Source: an uncultured bacterium
Lineage (GTDB): Bacteria > Bacillota_I > Bacilli_A > RF39 > UBA660
Direction of reading: 5' to 3'
Length of the DNA stretch: 64,000 nt
Assembly: GCA_945935525.1 (NCBI GenBank)
Contig: CAMERI010000005.1
Coordinates: forward strand, 33,649 to 97,648
In this document: positions 55,378 to 64,000 of the stretch, piece after piece
How the letters are laid out: each line of letters begins with the position of its first letter
Numbering within the stretch: position 1 is the stretch's first letter
Made by a program: the position numbers and the translations under genes
Notes under the pieces: model-generated
Told to the model about the DNA's origin: nothing
What the model saw: the letters and a program-made list of their open reading frames with translations, nothing else
The model's database searches: none

Positions 55378-57264
55378 CTATTTCTCCCTTAATCTTAAGA
55401 ATAATATTAATCCTAAGAGTATGTTTTTTGTGTATTCTTTTATGTCCATTGATTTGATATTTGTATAAACTTCGTTGAACATTTCATTCATTTTATTAGT
55501 AGCATATTCTAAGGCACCTGAGTCTTCAAATAATTTTTGTACTTTCTTAGATTCTTCTTCAGTTATATTTTTACCATAATACTTTAAAAGTTCATCAAGT
55601 AAATCATTTCTATTAATTTTAATATAAGAATAAAGTATAGTTTGTTTGAATTCTTCAATATCTGAATAAACTGATTTACCTAGTATTTCTTTACTACTAT
55701 AGATTCCTAAAATATCATCTTTTATTTGGAATGCTATACCAAGAGGTTCTAATACTTTTTCGAAAGTTTCTATGTCTTTAGCTTTAGAATTTCCTAAGAT
55801 CATACCAAGTATGAATGGACCAACTACTGTATACCAAGATGTTTTAAGTCTATATATTTCCATTATATCTTCTTCGTGAAGAGCATGTTTTTTATCATTC
55901 TTTTCTATAAATGGAAGAGCAACATCTATTATTTCTCCTTTGATAGTTTTAATAACTATATTATTATAATAACTTAATAATTTAGCAAGATTCTTATCAT
56001 TTTTATACTTTTTAGTTATCATTTCATTTGTATAGAAGAAACCTAGATCTCCGATACATAGAGCTAGTGAAGTATTAGTGTTATCATTTTCTACGTTATA
56101 CTTTTTAAATTCATCTTTATATGTTTCGTGTATCGTTTCTTTATTACGTCTTAGATGTGCATTATCAATAATATCATCATGAATAAGTATTGAAGTTTCA
56201 AATGTTTCATAAGCAAGAGATAGTGTTTTAGCATAGTCATCACTTTTAGTTAGTTTATATCCTAAGTCAATTAGACATCCTCTTAAGAATTTTCCATCTC
56301 CATTCATATTAATAAATTTATTTACTGCATCTATTACGATAGGGTTGTCATTTTCTAAGAAAGATTTATTTATCTTTTTTAAGTCCGTTTCAAATTCTTT
56401 TAGTTTAGTTTTGTAATAAATAAAGAATTCTAATAAATTTGCATATTCTTTTATTTGTTCTTTAGGAGTAGATGCTCCACCAGTGAATCCTATTTTAGTA
56501 TTTAGTGTATACTTTTCTTTCTTTATGAAATTAAAGAAGTCTTTTATATCAGAAAAGTAGTATGTTTTAGTAACTTCATTACAAAGATTATATAATTCTT
56601 TAGTATTAGAACTTTCTTTACCACCAATTACAAACATAATATCCATTTGTTCTGCGAGAGTGACACTTGATGTTTGAATTAGTTTTTGAGCATTACATAT
56701 AGTGTTTTCTATTTCATAACTAATATTATTTTCATTCATATAGTTTAATAATTCTTGTAGTTTTTTATGGCTTATAGTAGTTTGACAAACTATGAAGTAT
56801 TTATCATTATTATTTAGTTCTTTGTAATCATCTTTATCTTCGATAATTATCCCTTCATTATTGATCCAACCATTAGTACCTATAACTTCTGGATGTGTTT
56901 TTTTACCAATAATTATGATTTTATAACCATCTTTTTGTTTTTGAGTAGCTAGCTTATGTACTTTTAAAACATTAGTACAAGTAGCATCATAATACTCAAT
57001 ATTATGACTATTTAAGTAATCATAAGTTTCTTTAGGTTCTCCATGAGCTCTAATAATTAAAATATCATTTTCATTAAGAATAGATAAATCATCAATACAT
57101 TTAATATCATCTTTTAATAATTCATTTATTATATATGGATTATGTAGTATTTCTTTATAAATATAAATATTTTTATCTTTGTTTTCTTTCTTTAATTTAT
57201 ATGCTGCTTCGATTGCTTTATTAGCACCAGCACATGTTCCGTATACTTTAGGGTAATATATCAT
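55378..57264 (-). CDS. ispH: fusion protein: IspH (HMBPP reductase) N-terminal domain plus trans-polyprenyl diphosphate synthase C-terminal domain
   Basis: IspH motifs: YGTCAGANKAI, LHNPYI, RAHGEP, DATCTNVLKVH, THPEVIGT, CQTT, NTICNAQ, GGKESSNT, GGASTP. Prenyl synthase motifs: LIHDDIIDNAHLRRNKETIH (FARM) and FQIKDDILGIY (SARM, with the last Asp replaced by Gly). Confidence 0.8.
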   Translation of the reverse strand: MIYYPKVYGTCAGANKAIEAAYKLKKENKDKNIYIYKEILHNPYIINELLKDDIKCIDDLSILNENDILIIRAHGEPKETYDYLNSHNIEYYDATCTNVLKVHKLATQKQKDGYKIIIIGKKTHPEVIGTNGWINNEGIIIEDKDDYKELNNNDKYFIVCQTTISHKKLQELLNYMNENNISYEIENTICNAQKLIQTSSVTLAEQMDIMFVIGGKESSNTKELYNLCNEVTKTYYFSDIKDFFNFIKKEKYTLNTKIGFTGGASTPKEQIKEYANLLEFFIYYKTKLKEFETDLKKINKSFLENDNPIVIDAVNKFINMNGDGKFLRGCLIDLGYKLTKSDDYAKTLSLAYETFETSILIHDDIIDNAHLRRNKETIHETYKDEFKKYNVENDNTNTSLALCIGDLGFFYTNEMITKKYKNDKNLAKLLSYYNNIVIKTIKGEIIDVALPFIEKNDKKHALHEEDIMEIYRLKTSWYTVVGPFILGMILGNSKAKDIETFEKVLEPLGIAFQIKDDILGIYSSKEILGKSVYSDIEEFKQTILYSYIKINRNDLLDELLKYYGKNITEEESKKVQKLFEDSGALEYATNKMNEMFNEVYTNIKSMDIKEYTKNILLGLILFLRLREK

Positions 57265-57401
57265 ATTTTTGCCTCCATAAATATTATAGCAACTATAGTT
57301 ATTATTTCCTAGAAAAATGTTATTTCTTTGCGTATAATATCTATATAAATATTGTTTAGAATATAAAAATTTGTTAGAATATATGTGAGGAGTTGAGTTT
57401 T

Positions 57402-57653
57402 ATGGTAGGAAGTGAAACTACAGTAGTAGATACTGAAACTATTATTGATCATAATACAAGAAGTTCTTTAATTAAAATATGTGAAGATTTAAATGAAAGA
57501 GGGTATAATCCAACTAAACAAATAGTTGCTTATTTAATTAGTGGAGATCCTGGATATATTTCTAGTTATAAAGAGTGTAGAAATAGAATACTTGAATTTA
57601 AAAGAGAGGACATAATAGAATTAATGTTAGTTAATTTTATAAATAAGAAATGA
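57402..57653 (+). CDS. IreB/UPF0297 family regulatory phosphoprotein (YrzL-like)
   Basis: LNERGYNPTKQIVAYLISGDPGYISSYKECRNRI, positioned upstream of ruvX as in Bacillus. Confidence 0.8.
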   Translation: MVGSETTVVDTETIIDHNTRSSLIKICEDLNERGYNPTKQIVAYLISGDPGYISSYKECRNRILEFKREDIIELMLVNFINKK

Positions 57654-58069
57654 CATATTTAGGATTAGATTTAGGTAGTAAAACTTGTGGTATAGCGATA
57701 AGTGATAGAACTGGACTTATAGCTACATCTTTAGAAGTTATTAGATATAGTGATTATGATGAATTAATAAATAAACTTAATAATATAGTTATAAGTAGAA
57801 ATGTAGATGCTTTTGTACTTGGAAATCCTAAAAATTTAGATGGGAGTTTATCTAAGAGAAGTGAAATAACTTTAGAGTTTAAAGATTTACTTTTAAAAAA
57901 ATTTAATATGGAAGTAATAATGCAAGATGAAAGATTATCTACAGTAGAAGCAGAACGTATGCTTATTAGTAATAATACAAAACGTAAGAATAGAAAACAA
58001 GTGATAGATAAAATAGCTGCGACTATAATATTGCAGAGTTATTTAGATAGGAGAAACAATGAAAGATAA
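57650..58069 (+). CDS. ruvX: YqgF/RuvX-family pre-16S rRNA nuclease (putative Holliday junction resolvase)
   Basis: YLGLDLGSKTCGIAISD...DERLSTVEAERML...DKIAATIILQSYLD. Confidence 0.9.
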   Translation: MTYLGLDLGSKTCGIAISDRTGLIATSLEVIRYSDYDELINKLNNIVISRNVDAFVLGNPKNLDGSLSKRSEITLEFKDLLLKKFNMEVIMQDERLSTVEAERMLISNNTKRKNRKQVIDKIAATIILQSYLDRRNNER

Positions 58070-58325
58070 TACTCTAGTATTAAAAGATTCATCTGGAAAT
58101 AAACAAGAATATAGAATACTTTTAGATATAGAAGATACAACTAACAGTGTTAACTATGTTATCTATACAGATGATGAAACTAATAAAGATGGTGAGATGG
58201 TTTGTTATGCGTCAACTTATGTATTGAGTCCTAAAGGTAATATGACAAAATTAAAACCAGTTGAAACAAAAGAAGAATTTGATTTTATTAGTAAGATACT
58301 AGATTCTTTAGAAAGTGGGAAATAA
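58059..58325 (+). CDS. DUF1292 family protein (YrzB-like)
   Basis: Conserved position after ruvX, small acidic protein, and a pattern like EYRILLDIEDT...YVIYTDDE. Confidence 0.7.
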   Translation: MKDNTLVLKDSSGNKQEYRILLDIEDTTNSVNYVIYTDDETNKDGEMVCYASTYVLSPKGNMTKLKPVETKEEFDFISKILDSLESGK

Positions 58326-59413
58326 TGAAAAAGAAGGTTTTTAGTGTGAAAAAATTTATAATATTTTTATTTTTTTTATGTTTAATTATAGGTGGTGCTT
58401 TAGTAGGAAGTTACTTCTATTTAATTAAAGGTGGAAAAGATAATGAAACTGTTAATATATATGTTAATGAAGGAGATACTTATAGTACAATATCTAAAAT
58501 GCTTAAAGATAATGAGTTAATTAAGTCAGAGTTAGCATATAAAATATATATTAAGTTAAATAATCCTGGAAGTTTAGAGTATGGAGATTATGTACTTAAG
58601 AAATCATATAGTGTAGAAGAACTTGTAAATACTTTAGAAAAAGGTAGTGTAGATTTAAGAAAGACTAAGACAGTTACTTTTGTTGAAGGAAAGAATATGA
58701 GATATGTTATTTCTAAGATAACAGACAACTTCAATATCAGTGAGAAAGAAATAACTGATAAACTTAGTAATTCTGAATATTTAGATAGTCTTATTAAAGA
58801 TTATTGGTTCTTAACAGATGATATTAAAAATAAAGATATATATTACTCATTAGAAGGATATTTATTCCCTGATACATATGAATTTTATGAGAGTGCAGAT
58901 GTAGATGATATATTTAGAACTATGCTTAATAATATGGAAAAGAAGCTTGAAAAATATAAAGATGAAGTGAGTAAAAGTAAATATAGTATTCATGAGATGA
59001 TGACACTTGCATCTATTATTGAACTTGAAGCAGGTAAAGCTAGTGATAGAAAAGGTGTAGCTGGAGTGTTCTATAATAGATTAAATGCTGGATGGAGTCT
59101 TGGTAGTGACGTTACAACATATTATGCTGAAAAGATTGATAATTGGACTAGAGATTTAAGGGCAAATGAACTTTCTAGTTGCAATAGTTATAATACAAGA
59201 AGTAGTTGTATGGCAGGTAAACTTCCAGTTAGTCCAATATGTAATCCTAGTGTAGGATCAATAGAAGCTGCAATAGAACCAACTAGTCATAAATATTATT
59301 ATTTTGTAGCAGATAAAAATGGAAAAACATACTTTACTAAAACAGATGCTGAACATGTAAGTAAAGTTAGAGAGTTAAAGAGAAACGGATTATGGATAGA
59401 ATATCAAAGTTAA
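58325..59413 (+). CDS. mltG: endolytic murein transglycosylase MltG (YceG-like)
   Basis: N-terminal TM segment, LEGYLFPDTYEF, LASIIELEA, YNTRSS...GKLPVSPICNPS. Confidence 0.9.
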   Translation: MKKKVFSVKKFIIFLFFLCLIIGGALVGSYFYLIKGGKDNETVNIYVNEGDTYSTISKMLKDNELIKSELAYKIYIKLNNPGSLEYGDYVLKKSYSVEELVNTLEKGSVDLRKTKTVTFVEGKNMRYVISKITDNFNISEKEITDKLSNSEYLDSLIKDYWFLTDDIKNKDIYYSLEGYLFPDTYEFYESADVDDIFRTMLNNMEKKLEKYKDEVSKSKYSIHEMMTLASIIELEAGKASDRKGVAGVFYNRLNAGWSLGSDVTTYYAEKIDNWTRDLRANELSSCNSYNTRSSCMAGKLPVSPICNPSVGSIEAAIEPTSHKYYYFVADKNGKTYFTKTDAEHVSKVRELKRNGLWIEYQS

Positions 59414-59985
59414 TAAAAGAAATAGAAGAATATGGAATTAAAAATAATGTGCCTATAATGAGTGAGGACACAATAGAAGTAATTAAAAATATAATAACAG
59501 TTAATGAATTTCATACTATACTTGAAATAGGAACGGCTATAGGGTACTCTACGATATGTTTTGCAAGTACTCCAGGTGTTACTAATATTACAAGTATAGA
59601 AAGAGATCCAATTAGAAGTTCTATAGCATACAACAACGTTAAAGAAAGCGGACTTAAAAACATAACACTTAGACATACAGATGCTTTAGAAATAGAAATC
59701 AAAGATAAGTTTGATTTGATAATAATAGATGCTGCTAAAAGTCAAAATATGAAATTCTTTAATAAATTTAAAGAAAATCTTAATGAAGATGGAATAATTA
59801 TAATAGATAATTTAAGTTTTCATGGATATGTAAATCAAGAGACTAGAATACAAAGTAGAAACTTGAGACAAATGGTTAATAAGATTAGAAAATTCATAGA
59901 TTTCTTAAATAATAACGAAGAATTTACTGTAAAATATATAGAAGTAGGTGATACTTTAGGAGTATGCAAAAGAAAGAATATTTAA
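59392..59985 (+). CDS. class I SAM-dependent O-methyltransferase (YrrM/TrmR-like)
   Basis: ILEIGTAIGYST (SAM-binding motif I), DLIIIDAAK, and its position upstream of the two U32 genes as in B. subtilis yrrMNO. Confidence 0.7.
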   Translation: MDRISKLIKEIEEYGIKNNVPIMSEDTIEVIKNIITVNEFHTILEIGTAIGYSTICFASTPGVTNITSIERDPIRSSIAYNNVKESGLKNITLRHTDALEIEIKDKFDLIIIDAAKSQNMKFFNKFKENLNEDGIIIIDNLSFHGYVNQETRIQSRNLRQMVNKIRKFIDFLNNNEEFTVKYIEVGDTLGVCKRKNI

Positions 59986-60767
59986 TAATACCAAATAAAA
60001 AAGAATTGGATTTATATACTAAGTATAACTTTGATACATTTATATTACCACTTGAAGGGTATAGTATAGGATTTAATGTATACTATGATGTTGATGAAAT
60101 AAATAATTTAAGTTTAAAATATAATATATATGTTATCATGAATAAATTCTTACATAGAAATATAGAAGAATTTAGAAAAATATATGATAAATTCAATAAA
60201 AGTATAAAATTTATTATAGAAGATATAGGCCTTACAGATATAATTGATAAAGAAAGATTTGTGTTATATGAAAACCATATATTATCAAATTATAAAGCTA
60301 TTAACTTTTTAGAAAGCATTGGTATTAAAAATGTAGTAATTAATAATGATTTAACTATAAATGAGTTATTAGAAATACAAGAGAAAACAAGTAGTAATTT
60401 ATATTATTTTTATGTTGGTAAGAATAGTTTAATGTATTCTAGACGTAATTTAGTAAGTAACTATAATAAATATTATAATTTAGATAATACTAATAGTTAT
60501 AAGCTTGTTGAAAAAGTAAGTGGTAAAGTTCTTGATATTTATGAGGAGATGGATGGAAGTGTAGTATATTTTGATAAGATATTTTGTGCTTCTAAGTATA
60601 TAGATAAACTTAACATGAACTTGATTATTAACTTTACCAATATAGATAGTGTTAGTGAAAAAATAATACTTGAAGAATATCAAAATATTAAATTATGTGA
60701 TTTAATAGATAGTGATTATTACTTTTTAGAGAATGATATTAAGTATAAGGTAGGTGATATAAAGTGA
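59964..60767 (+). CDS. divergent U32-family-like protein (YrrN position)
   Basis: Assigned mainly by synteny between the methyltransferase and the canonical U32 gene. Sequence motifs are weak. Confidence 0.4.
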   Translation: MQKKEYLIIPNKKELDLYTKYNFDTFILPLEGYSIGFNVYYDVDEINNLSLKYNIYVIMNKFLHRNIEEFRKIYDKFNKSIKFIIEDIGLTDIIDKERFVLYENHILSNYKAINFLESIGIKNVVINNDLTINELLEIQEKTSSNLYYFYVGKNSLMYSRRNLVSNYNKYYNLDNTNSYKLVEKVSGKVLDIYEEMDGSVVYFDKIFCASKYIDKLNMNLIINFTNIDSVSEKIILEEYQNIKLCDLIDSDYYFLENDIKYKVGDIK

Positions 60768-61939
60768 AGTATGAATTATTATTGCCTGCTGGGGATTTAG
60801 CAAGACTTAAGTTTGCTTTTATGTATGGTGCTGATGCTGTATATATTGGTGGATATAATTATAGTCTTAGAGCTAATGCTAATAATTTTAGTTTAGAAGA
60901 AATTAAAGAGGGAGTAGAGTTTGCTCATAAGCTTGATAAGAAAGTATTTGTTACTGTTAATATGGTATTTCATAATGAAGATTTAGATGGACTAGACGAT
61001 TATTTAAAGGCTTTAGATGAAATAGGGATAGATAGTTATATTATTAGTGATTTTGCTGTTATAGAGGCTATTAAACGTCTTAAAATAAAGACTCCATTTT
61101 TTATATCAACTCAAAAGTCTATTACTAATTTAGAAGCAGTTAAATTTTATAAATCATTAGGTGCTTACAGAGTAGTTATGGCTCGTGAATGTAGTCGTGA
61201 AGATATAAAGAAAATAAAAGAAAATATAAATACTGAAGTAGAAGTATTTATTCATGGAGCTATGTGTACTAGTTATAGTGGTAGATGCGTTATGAGTAAT
61301 TATGTAACATTACGTGACTCTAATCGTGGAGGATGTAGCCAAGTATGTAGATTTACATTTGATTGCGGTAAAGATTATGAGTATGCATTTTCATCAAAAG
61401 ATTTAAATATGATCGATTATATAAGTGATATGATGGATTTAGGTATTGAGTCATATAAAATAGAAGGACGTATGAAGAGTCTTTACTATATAGCAACAGT
61501 AGCAAATGCATATAGAACTATTATGGATAAAAAAATAGATGGAACACTAAGTGATGAAGACATTACTTACTATAAAAAAGTATTAAATAGAGTATCTAAT
61601 CGTGAGAACATACCACAATTTTATAATGGCATGATTGGAGTAGAAGGACAATACTTTACAGGTCGTCAAGAAATAAGTAATAAGGATTTTTTAGGACTTA
61701 TAAAATCATATGATGAATCTACATCTGAAGCAATAGTTGAACAAAGAAATAAGTTTAGTGTAGGAGACACAGTAGAGGTTTTTGGGCCAAATACTATGAC
61801 TAAAAAATTCAAAGTTGAATATATTATAAACAGTGATGGTGAAAACGTAGAATCTGCTAGTCATGCACAAGAAATTATAAGAATAAAAATACCATTTAAG
61901 GTATATGAAAATGATATTATAAGGGTCAATATTGCTTGA
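60764..61939 (+). CDS. U32 family peptidase-like protein (YrrO/TrhP-like)
   Basis: ELLLPAGDLARLKFAFMYGADAVYIGG, VFIHGAMCTSYSGRCVMSNY, RDSNRGGCSQVCR. Confidence 0.85.
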   Translation: MKYELLLPAGDLARLKFAFMYGADAVYIGGYNYSLRANANNFSLEEIKEGVEFAHKLDKKVFVTVNMVFHNEDLDGLDDYLKALDEIGIDSYIISDFAVIEAIKRLKIKTPFFISTQKSITNLEAVKFYKSLGAYRVVMARECSREDIKKIKENINTEVEVFIHGAMCTSYSGRCVMSNYVTLRDSNRGGCSQVCRFTFDCGKDYEYAFSSKDLNMIDYISDMMDLGIESYKIEGRMKSLYYIATVANAYRTIMDKKIDGTLSDEDITYYKKVLNRVSNRENIPQFYNGMIGVEGQYFTGRQEISNKDFLGLIKSYDESTSEAIVEQRNKFSVGDTVEVFGPNTMTKKFKVEYIINSDGENVESASHAQEIIRIKIPFKVYENDIIRVNIA

Positions 61940-61997
61940 CAAAATGTACATTTTATAGTATCATTTTTTGGTAATGAGAAAGAGGTGGCAATTTGCT

Positions 61998-62468
61998 ATG
62001 AAAAAGAAGGAAATTTTTCTAACAAGTGAAGGTTATTTAGAACTTGAAAATGAATTACATTATTTAAAAACAGAAAAGAGAAAAGAAGTAACTCAAACTC
62101 TAAAAGAAGCAAGAGCTTTAGGTGATTTGTCAGAGAACTCTGAATATGAACAAGCAAGAGAAGATCAAGCAAATTTAGAAAAGAGAATAATTGAAGTTGA
62201 ATATGCTTTAGAGCATGCAACTGTAATAGATAACGCTGAGAGTGATGGAACTGTAGGTATTGGATGCCAAGTAGAACTTAAGTATGAAGACGATGATGAT
62301 GTTGAAAGTTATAAAATAGTTGGTAGTCAAGAAGCAGATCCATTTAATAACAAAATATCTAACGAAAGCCCTATAGCTGCTGCTATAATGGGTAAAAAAG
62401 TTGGAGATACTGTTGAAGTTTCATCACCTGATGGTGTATATAGCGTTCAAATAGTAGCAATAGGATAG
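61998..62468 (+). CDS. greA: transcription elongation factor GreA
   Basis: LTSEGYLELENELHYLKTEKRKEV...ARALGDLSENSEYEQARE...SNESPIAAAIMGKKVGD. Confidence 0.95.
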   Translation: MKKKEIFLTSEGYLELENELHYLKTEKRKEVTQTLKEARALGDLSENSEYEQAREDQANLEKRIIEVEYALEHATVIDNAESDGTVGIGCQVELKYEDDDDVESYKIVGSQEADPFNNKISNESPIAAAIMGKKVGDTVEVSSPDGVYSVQIVAIG

Positions 62469-62516
62469 TAAAATATCCTTTTTTGTACATTTAATATATA
62501 ACGAGGGAGGGAATTT

Positions 62517-63761
62517 ATGAAAGAAAGTTATACATTAAAATTAGAGGGAAAAGAATGGAAAGATTGCTTAAAAGAAGCATTTGAAAAGAAAAGAAAAGAT
62601 ATCAAAATGGATGGATTTAGAAAAGGTCAAGTTCCATATGATATTTATGTTAAAAAAGCAGGAGTAGAAACATTATATATGGATGCTGTTGATATGGCAG
62701 TAGATATGTTATATGCTAAACTACTTAGTGATCCTAAAACTATTACTCCAGCTGCTACACCAGCTATCGATATTAAAGATATCGGACATGATCATATTGA
62801 AGTAGAATTTACTTTAGTAGCAAGTCCAAAAGTAGAACTTGGAAAATATAAGAAATTAGGAATTAAAAAAGATAAAGTAGAAGTTACTGATGATGAAGTA
62901 GAACATGAACTTGGTCATTTAAAAGAACAATTCGTAGAAGTTAAATCATTAGATGATAAAGCTGAAGCTCGTGAAGGAGATGTAGTTGTTATTGACTTCG
63001 AAGGATTTAAAGATGGAGTAGCATTCAAAGGTGGAAAAGGAGAAGATTATTCATTAGAAATAGGTTCTCATACATTTATTCCTGGATTTGAAGAAGCATT
63101 AATAGGCCTTAAAAAAGGTGATAAAAAAGATGTTAATGTAGTATTCCCTGAAAATTATCATAGTGATGAATTAAAAGGACAACCAGTAGTATTTAAAGTA
63201 GAAGTTAAAGAAGTAAAAGAAAGAGTATTCCCTGAATTTGATAAAGAATTCTTTGCTGACTTAAATGTTGGTGGAGTTGAATCTTTAGATGACTTAAAGA
63301 AATATATTAAAGAAAACAAAGAAGCAGAAAAAACTAAACAATTAGAAGATGAATATTTATTTAAATGTTTAGATAAAGTAGTTGAAGGAGCCAAATTTGA
63401 AATTCCTGAAGAAATGACTGAAGATGAAACTAATAGATTGGTTAGAGAATTCTCAGAAAAACTACAATATCAAGGATTAAAATTAGAAGATTACTTAAAA
63501 TATTGTAATACTAATTTAGATAACTTTAAGGCTACACTTAAAGATGAAGCTAATAAGAGAATAGGTTATAGATTAATTATGGATGCAGTAGTAGAAGCTG
63601 AAAAATTAGAAGTAACTGATGAAGAATTAGAAGCTGGACTTGATGAAACTAGTAAAGAATATGGAATGTCTAAAGAAGACTTCTTAAAACAAATTGGTTC
63701 TAAAGAATTATTTAAATATGATTTATTAATGAAGAAAGCTATGAAAGTAGTTACTGAATAG
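62517..63761 (+). CDS. tig: trigger factor
   Basis: GFRKGQVPYDIY ribosome-binding signature, FKBP-type PPIase block (DFEGFKDGVAFKGGKGEDYSLEIGSHTFIPGFEEALIGLKKGD), and the helical C-terminal domain. Confidence 0.95.
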   Translation: MKESYTLKLEGKEWKDCLKEAFEKKRKDIKMDGFRKGQVPYDIYVKKAGVETLYMDAVDMAVDMLYAKLLSDPKTITPAATPAIDIKDIGHDHIEVEFTLVASPKVELGKYKKLGIKKDKVEVTDDEVEHELGHLKEQFVEVKSLDDKAEAREGDVVVIDFEGFKDGVAFKGGKGEDYSLEIGSHTFIPGFEEALIGLKKGDKKDVNVVFPENYHSDELKGQPVVFKVEVKEVKERVFPEFDKEFFADLNVGGVESLDDLKKYIKENKEAEKTKQLEDEYLFKCLDKVVEGAKFEIPEEMTEDETNRLVREFSEKLQYQGLKLEDYLKYCNTNLDNFKATLKDEANKRIGYRLIMDAVVEAEKLEVTDEELEAGLDETSKEYGMSKEDFLKQIGSKELFKYDLLMKKAMKVVTE

Positions 63762-63771
63762 TAAAGTTTAT

Positions 63772-63799
63772 AAAACGTTCTTATATAGAACGTTTTTTT
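63772..63799 (+). terminator. rho-independent terminator after tig
   Basis: AAAACGTTC-TTATATA-GAACGTTTT followed by TTT. Confidence 0.8.
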
Positions 63800-63825
63800 A
63801 TGTTATAATTTACTTATGAAAAAAG

Positions 63826-64000
63826 TTGTTAAATATATAGTTGGTGTTTTATTAATATTGTGTTCAATGTTACTTGTAGGTTATAGTGAATATAATATAA
63901 TAAAAGTTTTAATGAATAGAGATAGTCTTAATAATAAAACTATTGAAGTTAAATCTACAATAATTGATAAAAATAATAATGGTAAATTAGTATTTGTGAA
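63826..64000 (+). CDS. membrane-anchored hypothetical protein, 5' part only (runs off the window)
   Basis: A TGTTATAAT -10 element lies upstream. The N-terminal TM segment is VKYIVGVLLILCSMLLVGY. The frame is open to the window end. Confidence 0.4.

Noticed and set aside
1-64000. CRISPR arrays, rRNA genes and tRNA genes.
   Set aside because: I scanned all intergenic regions longer than about 60 bp. None shows regularly spaced direct repeats, a cloverleaf-compatible GC-rich stretch of about 75 nt, or rRNA-like conserved blocks. This visual scan cannot fully exclude a tRNA.

Overview
A 64 kb chromosomal segment from a very AT-rich (about 28-30% GC by eye), low-GC Gram-positive bacterium (Bacillota). 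Gene order resembles Bacillus, and spoIVB suggests a spore-forming or formerly spore-forming lineage, perhaps Erysipelotrichia or Clostridia-like; I cannot place it more precisely. All calls rest on reading the ORF translations and DNA by eye and on recalled family motifs; no searches were run. Most genes lie on the + strand. The housekeeping backbone has these blocks: rimP-nusA-ylxR-infB-rbfA; T-box/HD/valS; comN-secDF-relA-dtd; mutS; frr; nusB-xseA-xseB-spoIVB; mgtE; uppS; ireB-ruvX-DUF1292-mltG-trmR-like-U32-U32-greA-tig. Accessory material sits between these blocks. (1) A type IV prepilin whose C-terminal two-thirds reads like two tandem flagellin D1 modules, followed by a tandemly duplicated plain pilin. 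(2) Four paralogues of a TasA/camelysin-like module with a SipW-type signal peptide and swapped C-terminal modules. Two are intact. The other two are disrupted, one by frameshifts and one by an in-frame TAG. Two of the four sit beside paralogous proteins made of a 2-TM module plus a peptidoglycan hydrolase. (3) A roughly 5.8 kb integrative mobilizable element (tyrosine integrase, MobV relaxase, XRE/ImmA switch, 3-gene cargo) bounded by TACCCATCA repeats, with a candidate type I toxin-like peptide next to it. (4) Unusual AAA+ proteins: a ClpX paralogue without a zinc finger, and a D1-only Clp-like ATPase in an operon with a Y-family polymerase. (5) mutS with no mutL, followed by two blocks of unrecognisable helical proteins that flank frr. 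(6) An IspH-polyprenyl synthase fusion. I saw no rRNA, tRNA or CRISPR array.
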